Shown piece by piece: positions 21,136 to 31,250 of a stretch of DNA of 64,000 nt. The stretch is from an uncultured Verrucomicrobiae bacterium (GTDB taxonomy: Bacteria > Verrucomicrobiota > Verrucomicrobiia > Chthoniobacterales > Chthoniobacteraceae), in assembly GCA_963769025.1 (NCBI GenBank), contig CAVYKI010000009.1, positions 1,216,001 through 1,280,000 of the forward strand, in the 5' to 3' direction. A program made the position numbers and the translations under genes. Numbering within the stretch: position 1 is the first letter of the stretch; each line of letters starts with the position of its first letter. The notes beneath the pieces are model-generated. The model was given only the letters and a program-made list of their open reading frames with translations, did not search any database and was not told the DNA's origin.

Positions 21136-22574
21136 ATGAACCCGCTCGAACGCTTCCGCACCGTGTTTCCCGCGGAGCGGATGCTCACCGGGCCCGCGCA
21201 ACTCGGCGCGTATGAGTCCGACGGGCTCACCGCCTTTCACGCGCGCCCGCTCGGCATCGTCGTGCCGGAGACGCAGGAGGAAGTGATCGCCGCGGTCCGC
21301 CTCTGCCGCGAACTCGCGCTGCCCTTCGTCGCACGCGGCAGCGGCACGAGCCTCTCGGGCGGATCGCTGCCGGTGGAAAATGGAATCGTCATCGCGCTGA
21401 ACCGGCTCAACCGCATCCTTCGCCTCGATCCGCGCGAACGCATCGCCGTCGTCGAGCCGGGCGTCATCAACACGCAGGTGACCGCCGCCGCGGAAGAGCA
21501 CGGGCTCCACTACGCGCCCGACCCGTCGTCGCAGACCATCTGCACCATCGGCGGAAATGTCGCCTTCAACTCCGGCGGCGCGCACTGCCTGAAGTACGGC
21601 ATGACGTCGAACCACGTCCTCGGCATCAAGGCCGTGCTCGCGACCGGCGAAGTCGTGGAATTTGGCGGAGCGAGCCGCGAGCAGGTCGGCGCGGACTTCA
21701 CCGGACTGTTCACCGGCAACGAAGGCCTCTTCGGCATCGCGCTTGAAATCACCTGCAACTGCTGCCGCGCGCCGAGTGCTTTCACACCGTCCTCGCCGGC
21801 TACCGCACGCTCGAGGAAGCCGGCAACGCCGTGAGCGCCGTGGTCGCCAGCGGGCTGCTGCCGGGCGCAATCGAGATCATGGATACGCTCGCGATCCAAG
21901 CCGCCGAGGCCGCTGTCCATGCCAACTACCCGCGCGATTGCGAAGCGATGCTCATCGTCGAACTTGAAGGCCCGCGCGAGAAAGTCGCGGTCGAGCGCGC
22001 TCATCTCGATGCACTCCTCGCCGCATCGCAGCCGGTCGAGACACGCGTCGCACGCAATGGCTCAGAGCGCGGCGCGATCTGGAAAGGCCGCAAGTGCGCG
22101 TTCAGCGCCGTCGGACGCCTGTCGCCGGACTTCATCGTGCAGGACGGCGTCGTCCCACGCCAGCGGCTCGGCGAAGCGCTCCGGCGCATCGGCGAAATGA
22201 GCACCGCCGCCGGCCTGCGCGTCGCGAATGTCTTCCATGCCGGCGATGGCAATCTGCACCCGCTCATCCTCTACAATGGCCGCGAAGCCGGGGCGCTCGC
22301 CCGCGCGGAGGAACTCGCCGGCCGCATCCTGCGCATGTGCGTGGAAATGGGCGGCAGCCTCACCGGCGAGCACGGCATCGGCATGGAAAAGCGCGATTAC
22401 CTTGGCGACATGTTCAGCGCCGCGGAGATCGATCTTATGCAGCGCCTGCGCGCCGCATTCGACCCGCTCGGAATTTCCAATCCCGGAAAAATGTTCCCCG
22501 GCGGCAATGCGCCCGCGCTCGTGCAACACGGCCTCCACCCGCTCGAAGCCTCCGGCCTGCTCAGCCGGGAGTGA
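21136..22574 (+). CDS. glcD: Glycolate oxidase GlcD-like FAD-linked oxidase; frameshift near 21760
   Basis: [67 protein letters not shown]. Confidence 0.88.
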
Positions 22575-22580
22575 GGGGAT

Positions 22581-22707
22581 GTTGAGGGTTAAGAGTTGAA
22601 GGTTGAGAGGAAGAAAAGCGATCCGTCGCAGGCCGCGCGTTCTCCGACAACAATCAGCGGCTTGAAACGGCGCCCCCTCTCAGCTCTCAACCCTCAACTT
22701 TCAACTC
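22581..22707. repeat. Inverted heptamer repeats forming a long hairpin between convergent genes
   Basis: GTTGAGG-GTTAAGA-GTTGAAG-GTTGAGA ... CTCTCAG-CTCTCAA-CCCTCAA-CTTTCAA-CTC. Confidence 0.75.
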
Positions 22708-22711
22708 CCCC

Positions 22712-23272
22712 TCACCGCACCGGCACGACCGTCCGACTCGTGCGCAGGCGCTCAAAGCTCGGAAAGTACGCTTCGATGACCACGGGCCGCCCCACCGCCA
22801 TGTCGCGGGTCGAGACTCGCGCGTTGTATTCCAGGCGCTCCTTCGGGTTCACGATCACCACCGCGGGCTCCTTTTCAATCCGCTGATCGTCCGACCACCG
22901 CGAGACGACTTTGCCGCCCCCGTCCTTCACGACCACCTCCATGCGCAGCGAACTGGGAAACTCGAGCCGCACCGCCTCCTTGCCCTTGTTCACCACGGAG
23001 ATCGTCACGTCGATCACGCGCGTATCCGGGAGGCGCACCTGCGCGGGCTCCAGCTTCATCGTCACCGAGAGATTCTGCCATGCGACCGCGCCCGGCGACT
23101 CGTCCGCAGTGTTCCGGCGGCCGCGCGGCGTCACGATTTCGGCGGCTTTCTTTCCGACGTTCTTCGTCGCATTCCAAGTGCGCTGCCAAAAACCCGGCTT
23201 CGCCGGCGGCTCGTCCGCTGCGCGCAGCGGAATAAGACTGGCGATGCAAAAGGCGAGGCACAGTTTCTTCAT
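22712..23272 (-). CDS. Secreted BsuPI (intracellular proteinase inhibitor)-like domain protein
   Basis: Signal peptide MKKLCLAF; VVNKGKEAVRLEFPSS...VVKDGGGKVVSRWSDD matches the BsuPI pattern. Confidence 0.7.
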   Translation of the reverse strand: MKKLCLAFCIASLIPLRAADEPPAKPGFWQRTWNATKNVGKKAAEIVTPRGRRNTADESPGAVAWQNLSVTMKLEPAQVRLPDTRVIDVTISVVNKGKEAVRLEFPSSLRMEVVVKDGGGKVVSRWSDDQRIEKEPAVVIVNPKERLEYNARVSTRDMAVGRPVVIEAYFPSFERLRTSRTVVPVR

Positions 23273-23338
23273 GGCGGCAATGTGACCGAGGTCCTTCGCG
23301 TGTTGCAAATCGCATTTCGGACCGCGAAGCTCCGCCCC

Positions 23339-23986
23339 ATGTCCCTACGGCGTCTTTGTTTTGCCCTCGCGTTGCTCGCGCTGCCCTTTTCAGCGCCCGC
23401 CATGTCGAAAAAGGCGGAGGTCTCGATCCGCTTTCACACCGAGGCCAACGCGAATGACAGCGAGGCGTTTTCCATCCCCGTGAATCTCCTTTATCAGCGG
23501 CGTCAGGTGTATCTGAGCCGCGTCCCGGATTTCAGCGAAAAGCAGATCGATCGCATCTTCCCCTTTCCTGCCAAGGACGGCTCGTGGGGCTGCGTGTTCA
23601 AGCTGAATCCCCAGGGCCGCATCCGGCTCGAGACCATGAGCGGGGAAATCCGGGGTTCCGCGCTGGTTGTATTCATCGCCACCAAAGCCGGACGCCGTCA
23701 GGTCACGGACATGATCATCGATCGCCCGGTCAGCGACGGCATCATCACCATTCCGCGCGGGCTCACCGCATTCGAAGTCGAGGCGCTGAAAAAGGAGTTC
23801 AAGACAGTCGGCGAAAAGGAAAAGAAGCCATGGGGTGAGAAGCCGAGGGAGAAGGTGGAGCAACTCCCGGGCGCCCCCGCGGACCGCCACCAAACCCGGC
23901 CCTCGCTCCTCGAACCGCTCTCCACGGCGACGCCGTCGCGGGGCCGCGCGAAAACGGAACCGGACCTCCCCCGCCTCGCTGAGTGA
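23339..23986 (+). CDS. Secreted hypothetical protein (SecD/SecF head-domain-like)
   Basis: Signal peptide; SEKQI...F...DGSWG...KLNPQGR.RLE..S...RG..L...IDRPVSDGII pattern. Confidence 0.6.
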   Translation: MSLRRLCFALALLALPFSAPAMSKKAEVSIRFHTEANANDSEAFSIPVNLLYQRRQVYLSRVPDFSEKQIDRIFPFPAKDGSWGCVFKLNPQGRIRLETMSGEIRGSALVVFIATKAGRRQVTDMIIDRPVSDGIITIPRGLTAFEVEALKKEFKTVGEKEKKPWGEKPREKVEQLPGAPADRHQTRPSLLEPLSTATPSRGRAKTEPDLPRLAE

Positions 23987-24053
23987 GTCTGGCAACACGG
24001 ACCACATCCCGCGCCGACCGCCGCCAATGCGGACGCCCGCCTGATTCGCGAGG

Positions 24054-24996
24054 ATGAAAATCACCTACGCCTCGCTGCTGGCTGCCGTCGTGCCGACGTT
24101 TGTGGTCCTCGCGTGCGGCTTTGCGTTGCGGCGGTTTCGCGGCCTCCGCTCGGAGGCCGACGCGAGCCTGCTTACCGTCGCGGTCAATTTCCTCTATCCG
24201 TGCTTCATCGCGGACACCATCCTGCGCAGCCCCGCATTGCGCGACGTGCGAACGGTGGCGAGCGCACCGGCGATCGGCTTTGTCCTGCTGCTGCTGTGTT
24301 TTGCGCTCGCGGCTCTCGCCGCGAAATTGCTCCCGCTGAAATGGCCGCAGCCCGCGCGGACCTTTGCGTTCAGCGCGGCGATTCCGAATTGGGGCTATCT
24401 CCCGGTGCCCCTCGTGCAGCAGCTCTTCGGCACGGACACGATGGGCGTCCTCTTCGTCCACAACATCGGCCTCGAACTCGCGCTGTGGTCCGCCGGCGTC
24501 TGGCTGCTCTCGGGGAGCGGTTCGTGGCGGCGGGTCCTCACGGTTCCGTTCTTCGCGATCCTCGGGGCGCTCGCGCTGAATCTCGTCCACGCCGGAGACT
24601 GGCTGCCCGGCGTGGTGCTCGAGTCGCTGCACCTGCTCGGCCAGGCGGCGATTCCCCTCTCGCTCCTGCTCACCGGCGCGGTGCTGGCGGACTCCGTCGT
24701 CTCGCTCCGCGACGACCGCCGCCCGTTGATCACGGTGGCCGGCTGTGTCGTCCGACTCGCGCTGCTCCCGCCGCTGTTCCTCGCCGCCGCGCACTGGCTC
24801 CCGGTGTCGCTGGACCTCAAGCGCGTGCTCGCCGTGCAGGCCGCGATGCCGTGCGCGATGGTCCCCATCCTCCTCTCGCGTCATTACCGCGGAGACATCG
24901 GGATCGCCGTCCAGATCGTCCTCGCGAGCACCGCGCTGGGATTGCTCACGATCCCGCTTCTGGCTGCGCATCGGCTTCGCGTGGCTCGGGCTTTAA
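24054..24996 (+). CDS. AEC family (auxin efflux carrier) transporter; frameshift at the C-terminus
   Basis: PNWGYLPVPL, GQAAIPLSLLLTG, QAAMP, ST.LGLLTIP. The true end LRIGFAWLGL* is in the frame of ORF 24745-24996. Confidence 0.88.
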
Positions 24997-25076
24997 AGGG
25001 GTACCGTCGGACTTTCCACCCACGCCGCGGGTTCGACAGCCGCCCGGCCTTCTGCCACAACTCCCCGGCAAAGCCC

Positions 25077-25568
25077 ATGCCCTCCTCACCAAACAACGCC
25101 GCCGTCTTTGCCCTCGATGCCGACTTCCTCTGGGACGACTTGGAGGACGCCATGGCCGGATGCGTGAACTGGCAGAGCGCGAAGCGCGGCAAGATCATCC
25201 CCCTCCTCTTCTTCGCGCCGATGACCGCCCCGGCAAACCCCGACGCGTGGGAACCCCTCCAGGGCCCGCCGCAGCACCTCCTCATCATCTCCATCGAGCA
25301 CAGCTCCGATGCCACCCTCCGCCGCGCCATCCGCCACGCGTCCGGTGTCCTCGGCGAACTCCATGAGCCGGCCAACTGTCCCCACGTGGACATCGCCTTC
25401 GACGGGCATCCCATCGCCGAAGCCTATGCGCAGATGGAGGCTGCCGACATCACCGCCTACCGCTACAGCAGTCTCGTGAAGGACGACGTCTCCTTCTTCT
25501 TCATCCGGGGGCCCGAAGCCGTGCAGGCCTTCGGCCAAGGTCTCCGCCGCGCGACTGCGGGGAAGTAA
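25077..25568 (+). CDS. Hypothetical protein
   Basis: ATG at 25077; 163-aa globular-looking ORF (MPSSPNNAAVFALDADFLWDD...) with coding-like codon bias. Confidence 0.6.
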   Translation: MPSSPNNAAVFALDADFLWDDLEDAMAGCVNWQSAKRGKIIPLLFFAPMTAPANPDAWEPLQGPPQHLLIISIEHSSDATLRRAIRHASGVLGELHEPANCPHVDIAFDGHPIAEAYAQMEAADITAYRYSSLVKDDVSFFFIRGPEAVQAFGQGLRRATAGK

Positions 25569-25755
25569 CATCGCCGCACTGCCGGGCTACCGCTCCATCG
25601 GCACCGGGAACCGGACACGAAGGACGCGGCGTACGGACCACTCGATGACCTTCCGGTCCTTCCGGGAAGTGATTGCCCCTAGCCGCACCTTCGCAGGCGA
25701 GGCCGGATCGTCGGGAACGGGGGAGAAATTCGGATTATCAGCCTGCCCTCGCCCC

Positions 25756-26122
25756 TCAGGCCTCAAACGGATTGATGAGTCGCAGCCCGCTGACGTGTTT
25801 GAAGTCGTCCACGTTCCGCGTCACCAGTTCCAAGCCATGCACCAGGGCCGTAGCGGCGATGATGGCGTCCGCTAGTGCCCATCCTGCTTTCCTGCCGCAA
25901 CGCGATGGCCCGATCGATGACCGCCGTATCCAGCGGATGCACCGTCAGGCGGCGAAACAAAATGTCGAGCGCGGCTTTCTCCTCCGGTTTCAGCCCCGTG
26001 AACCCATACACCTCGATCGGTGTGACGCTGGCCACCCCATTGTCCCCGGAGACCACCAGCGCCTCGATTTCCGGCACGGTCTGGTTCGCTGCGTAAATCA
26101 GAATGTTGCTGTCCAGGAGCAT
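25756..26122 (-). CDS. vapC: VapC-family PIN-domain toxin; frameshift near 25875
   Basis: LLDSNILIY...IEVYG, then in the shifted frame ADAIIAATALVHGLELVTRNVDDF...LINPF. Confidence 0.88.
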
Positions 26123-26125
26123 CGC

Positions 26126-26386
26126 TCAATCCCGGCCCGGCATCGGACGGTCTTTGCGGATTTCCCGCTGCCAGGCCACGGGGTCGGTGATCTCCTTGAA
26201 CGTGCCCATCTCCCGCAACCGCTTGAGCGCGGCCAGCGCCGCCTCCCGCGTCGGTCGTTCGCTTTCCTCGGACGCAGCTTCGATGGTGGCCGTCACTTTC
26301 AACTTGGAATTGCGCAACTCTGCCGGCAGCGGCAGATGCACCGTGCCATCGGCGTCGGCTTCCAAAATCGCGGTGATCGTGCTCAC
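26126..26386 (-). CDS. Putative antitoxin of the VapC toxin
   Basis: 86-aa ORF 3 nt upstream of vapC; GTVHLPLP N-terminus and DPVAWQREIR..R C-terminus typical of small PIN-associated antitoxins. Confidence 0.75.
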   Translation of the reverse strand: MSTITAILEADADGTVHLPLPAELRNSKLKVTATIEAASEESERPTREAALAALKRLREMGTFKEITDPVAWQREIRKDRPMPGRD

Positions 26387-26497
26387 GCAAAGAGATTACC
26401 CCGGCGCGTGCCCTGCGTAAAGCCGCGACTCGCCCGCTTTCTCGTTCCAATCGCGCTCCAAGGCTCCCAGTCCTCGGCTTGCGGAGGCGTCTGCCAA

Positions 26498-29400
26498 TTA
26501 CCCTTTGAGAACCTTCTCCCGCCACCGCCGCACGCTGCTCAGGTCCAGCCGTTCGCCTTTGAACTCGATCTGCTTCACCGGCTTCGTCCCGTTCGCGCTT
26601 TCGCGTTGGAGCACGCTCGATGATTTCCATCCAGCGCACGTCGGCGAATTCCAGCTTCGTCACTGCCGATCGCGCGCTCGTCGTCCTCCGAGAAGGTGCC
26701 GATCACCAGCATCACCGGATGCGGCTGCTGGATCCACGTCTTCACCCAGCGCTGCTTCTTGATCGTGAAAACCTCCGCGCCGTCGGTCTTGCGCTTCGTG
26801 AGGTGGGAATTGCCGGACTTGAGTTGCAGGTAGAGGCCGGCGTGCCGATGCCGTTCGCCGTCGTCATTGGTGAACTCGAGCTCAGCATATCCAGCCCGTC
26901 GTCCTCCGTCCGCCGGAATCTCGAAGCACTTCTGATCGGCGCTGGTGATGCGCGCGCCGACCTCCAGCGCCAGCAGCTTCCCGCGTCGGCGGGTACTCCA
27001 GCTTCGCGAGATCATCGGCCTGCAGTTGCTCGACCTGCGCGCGCACCGCGTCGCTGGCAAACTTCTTCTCCAGCGCATCCCACAGCGGGAAGCGCTCGCC
27101 GCAGTCGTCGCATTCCGTGTCGGCGTTCTGCTTTTCGCGCAGCAGCTTCTTCATCAGCACCTCGGGATTGCCTTTCGGCGCGTGACACTTCGGGCAGACG
27201 TAGTGCCGGAGCCGTTGCGCCTGTTCGCAGGAGGTCTGGAGGTGCGCGTGGATGTAGTTGGCAAAGATCACCTGCTCCTGCTGCGTCACGCCCTTGCCGA
27301 AATAGACGCTGATGTCCCCGTCGCTGCCGCTCTCGCGCGTGAGCTTGAGGCCCATGTGATGATCGCCCGCGAGCGTCACGAAGTCCGCGGCGTCGCGCCA
27401 GAGTTCCTTGAGTTGTGAAGGACTCGCTGTCCGCCAGCTTCACCACCAGCGTCGCGTAGATGTCGTCGAGAAAGCCCTTCACCGCGTAGCTCACGAAGAC
27501 CGACGGATGCTCCAGCACCGCCGGGCGGTCGCGTCCGCAATGGCTCGGGAAGACGAGCTTGTCGCCCTGGCGCAGGCAGAGGCCGCGCTGCTCCAGTTGC
27601 CGCTCCATCTCGCCCAGCACCACGCGCTCCTCGGCGGGCGGCAGGCGCTTCATCTCCACGGGAGCGCCGTCGCGCCCGATGCTCTGGTAGATCAGCTTCC
27701 CTTCCGCGATGCTGCGCAGCGGCAGCACGCCGAGATCGTTCTCCGCGCTGCGCAGGGTGCGAATCACGGCTTGCGCGTAGGCATTGATCCACTCCGGCGC
27801 GAGCAGGATGTAGGTGCCGTAGTCGAGTTCCTTCACCACGCCGGGACCGTCCAGCAGGCCGATCACCGTCTGCAAGGTCTCGTCCGTGAAGCGCGGTTCG
27901 TCCGGCAGGCGCCGCCAGAGCAGTTCGCGCAGTTCCTTGAAGGTGTGCAGCACCTGCCCTTCGTCCCGCAGCTTCAGGATCTCGTCCTTGATCAGTTTGA
28001 AAATGCGCGGCGACGTGCGCTTCTCCATCTGCGCCCAGGATGCCGGCGATCATGGCCGCGCGCAGTTCGTCGCAGCCGGTGCCGTCCTTCGCGCTCGTCT
28101 CATGGTAGGCGAGCCCCTGTTCCTTCGCAAAGGCTTGCAGCTTTCCCCGGCTCGCCTTGAAGCCGGTATCGATCCGCCCGGCCACGAGGAAGTGCGAAAT
28201 CTTCTCCTTCACGCTGCGCCGCAGAGCCGTCTGCCAGTCGCGCAGACCGGGCAGGACATCCTCTTGGTCCGCATTGAACAGTAGCAGGATGAGTGCGGTG
28301 CGATCCATGTAGAGCTGGTGAATGAGGCGTTGATCCGCCTGCCCGCCGAAATCCCATAGCCAGATGTCCCGTTCTACACCTTGCTCCACACTGGCGGCCT
28401 TGAGTTGCCACTGCGTGGACCACGCGCCAACCGTGGAGTCTTCACTCGGCTTCCATTCGCCGGTGGCGAGACGGTGCGTCAACCCGGTCTTGCCCGAGTG
28501 AGTATCGCCGACCAGGAGGACTTTGGCGTTGGTATATTCAATTTGGTCGCGCCAGAGAGGTAGGTCGTACGCGCGAGATGCGGACGCTCGTGCTTCAGCA
28601 GTTAATTCTTCCAAATCCCACACCCTAATTCCTCCGCGCTTGTCGCCGGAGAACGCGTAGCGTTGTTCTGCGCTCCACGCCACGATGCGGATTTCGTGTT
28701 TGTGACCTCTGAGCACTAGCAAACAGCGGCCAGTCTCGATATCCCAAAGGCGCACGGTGTTATCTGACGAACCAGACAATGCACGGCTCGCATCGCTGTT
28801 CAAAGCCAAGCTCGTAACTCGATTCGCATGGCCTTCGAGCACACGTAAACATCGCGCCGAGTCCGCCTCCCAAACACGAATAGTTCTATCGTGTGAACCG
28901 GACAATATGAGACGTTGATCGGCACTCCACGCTATACTCCGAACCTGACCAGTATGGCCTCCAAACACGCGAAGACACTCTCCGGTCTCAATGTCCCATT
29001 GGCGCACACTGTGGTCGTCAGAGCATGACAAGCCGCGGCGCTGGTCAGCACTCCACATTACACGCCAAACTAGAGAATAGTGTCCTTCAAACACGCGAAG
29101 ACATTGGCCTGTCTCAATATCCCATAGCCGCATCGTGCCATCGTCCGAGCCCGAAAGTGCGCGAGCGTTGTCCGCGCTCCACTCGGCGTGCCGAACCGCG
29201 TTTGTGTGACCCTGAAAGACTCGATTACGTCTCCGTGAATTAAAATCCCACATTCGCATGGTCTTGTCCGAAGAGCATGTGAGAATACGCCGCTGGTCAT
29301 TGCTCAGGGCGACACTGTTCACACGACTAGCATGGCCTCTGAAAGTAAGGAGGCACAATCCCGTCTTCGCATCCCAAAGCCGCGCTATGTTCTCAGTCCC

Positions 29401-29925
29401 ACCTGTTAGCGCGTGGTTACCGCTTGGGCTGAACACAAACGCTAAAAGCCTCCCCTTCGATCGAAGCTGGACGGCATTTGCCTCAACCTCCTCCTCCTCT
29501 TCCGTCGGCATCGTAGGAGGCGGCCGGCACGCTTCGAGGAGCTTCACATATTCCTGCTCGCGCTCTGCCGGGCGCCAGTTGATGTAAAGGAATTGCGCCA
29601 GGGAGCCTTTGATGGGGGCGTCGTCGAGGCGCAGGGGAAGGAAGCGGCGCTCCTTGTTCAGCGGGTCGCGAAAGCGGAACGTGCCGGACTCCAACTGCGC
29701 CCAGTCCGAGCCGAACGCATTCGCCGACATGCAGAGCACGAGCACGCGGGAGCGCTCCAGCCCTTCCTCGATCTTCGCCGGAATGCTGTCGCCGGGCCGG
29801 ATCTCCCATTCATCGAACCACACCCGCAGCCCGTCCTTCCTCAGCCGCTCCGCCACGTCGCGCACGACCGGCTTGTCCTTCGCGCTGTGGCTCAGGAAGA
29901 CGTCGTAGGGGAAATCCTCAGGCAT
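26498..29925 (-). CDS. TIR - 7xWD40 - Roc GTPase - COR-like - Zn ribbon - DUF4365-like nuclease protein (Roco-like); several frameshifts
   Basis: TIR: YDVFLSHS..DK...W.D...I.PGD...SDWAQLE. Seven ~42-aa GH...WD repeats. Roc: GDTHSGKT, STVG, WDFGGQ, ETSAK. COR-like: ILLAPEWI...YAQAVIR. CPKC...CDDC. C-terminal DDGLD..LEF...LYLQLKSG. Pieced together from ORFs 27376-29925, 27012-28028, 26882-27379 and 26575-27078. Confidence 0.85.
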
Positions 29926-30184
29926 AAGGCGGTGGCATTTGGGACGGCGAGGACTGCGCGGCGTTTACATTTGCCGCTGCGTCCGCTGCGCCGCCGGGTG
30001 CTGTCTCGTGTGTCATGCCGCGTGGGAGGATGGAGATTCGCCGCGGAGGATGCACGATCGCGGGAAGCGAGGCGAGGAGGAAAAGCAGGACTTGGATTCG
30101 AGTGGAACGAAAAGCCTGCCGCAGGCAGCCCGAAGGGCAGCGCCGGAGGGCGCTGGCAAGCTTGGAGACGCGGGACTGGAGAGT

Positions 30185-30469
30185 TCACCAGCGGCGCGCC
30201 CCTTGCCGGGCGAAGGGCGGGCGGCGGCAGATGACTACGGTGACGGCTTCCAGCGCGGCGGCGAGGCGGTTCTCGACGCAGAGCTTGTCGAGGATGCGGC
30301 GGACGTGGGTGGAGACGGTGAAGTTGCGGAGGTCCATGATGCCGGCGATTTCGGGGTCGGTCTTGGCGTGGAGGATCCATCGCAGCACTTCGCCCTCGCT
30401 CGGGGTGAGCAGGGGGAATGAATCGCGGAGGGTGACGGGCGTGAGTTCGTAGGGAGCGGGAATTTTCAT
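30185..30469 (-). CDS. Stand-alone LuxR-type HTH regulator
   Basis: LTPSEGEVLRWILHAKTDPEIAGIMDLRNFTVSTHVRRILDKLCVENR. Confidence 0.82.
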   Translation of the reverse strand: MKIPAPYELTPVTLRDSFPLLTPSEGEVLRWILHAKTDPEIAGIMDLRNFTVSTHVRRILDKLCVENRLAAALEAVTVVICRRPPFARQGARRW

Positions 30470-30560
30470 GGCACAGCCATTTCAGATAGCGTGCCAAGTG
30501 GCATCCGTAGGTCTCGGTATGGTGGGAAGAAGGGCCGGGTGCCAGCATCCGCGCCATGAA
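30470..30560 (-). pseudogene. Possible remnant of an integrase N-terminal SAM-like domain
   Basis: SSHHTETYGCHLARYLKWLC resembles the S.RTE..Y..W.RR.I.F helix pattern of integron/phage integrase N-termini; no catalytic domain follows. Confidence 0.3.
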
Positions 30561-30838
30561 ACGGAGTAAGCCGCACACTTCTCTCGCCGCCACTGGCGGC
30601 AATGCGTGTTCCCTCCACAGCACGGCGGCCGTGTTCAGGCGCGGCGGATGGCGCGGGCCGGGACATGTGGTGGTGGGCGGTGACACCTTCCGTGGCATGG
30701 GGACGTCAGTCATGGCTGTCTATTTTCAGGGGAAGGAGTGGCAAATGACTGCCACGGGCGTCGCTGCGGGGGCAGGACGCCTGCTTGGTTCGGAAACTGC
30801 ATTCCGTCCGATGCGCGGGGGCCTTTCCGAACCCGCAG

Positions 30839-31250
30839 CAACAGTTGCCGGAGCATGGGGGAGACTCCTCCGGCCTTGGACAACACTTGCCGGAGCATGG
30901 GGGAGACTCCCCCGGCCTTGGACAACACTTGCCGGAGCTTGGGGGAGACTCCCCCGGCCTTGGACAACACTTGCCGGAGCATGGGGGAGACTCCCCCGGC
31001 CTTGGGCAACACTTGCCGGAGCATGGGGGCGACTCCTCCGGCCTTGGACAACACTTGCCGGAGCATGGGGGAAACTCTCCCGGCCTTGGACAACACTTGC
31101 CGGAGCATGGGGGAGACTCCCCCGGCCTTGGACAACACTTGCCGGAGCATGGGGGAGACTCCCCCGGCCTTGGGCAACACTTGGTGGCGCCTGGGGGAGA
31201 CTCCTTCACCTCCGGACAACAGTTGGCACAGCTTTGGGGAGGCTCCTTTG
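30839..31250. repeat. Tandem array of ~10 x 42-bp units, each with an internal hairpin
   Basis: Unit CAACACTTGCCGGAGCATGGGGGAGACTCCCCCGGCCTTGGA starting at 30839, 30881, 30923, 30965, 31007, 31049, 31091, 31133, with degenerate copies at 31175 and 31217; no spacers. Confidence 0.95.

Noticed and set aside
24054..25568. AEC transporter fused to a soluble domain (504-aa ORF)
   Set aside because: A 1-nt shift near 24960 bypasses the natural AEC stop at 24996; the downstream part has its own ATG at 25077.
26498..28100. Programmed frameshifting or pseudogenisation of the Roco gene
   Set aside because: Similar 1-nt indels hit housekeeping genes throughout the window, and no slippery-site pattern is evident.
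28540..29490. Diversity-generating retroelement target
   Set aside because: No reverse transcriptase or template repeat in the window, and variation is not visibly adenine-specific. A remote DGR cannot be excluded.
30839..31250. CRISPR array
   Set aside because: Units are contiguous 42-bp repeats with no unique spacers, and there are no cas genes in the window.
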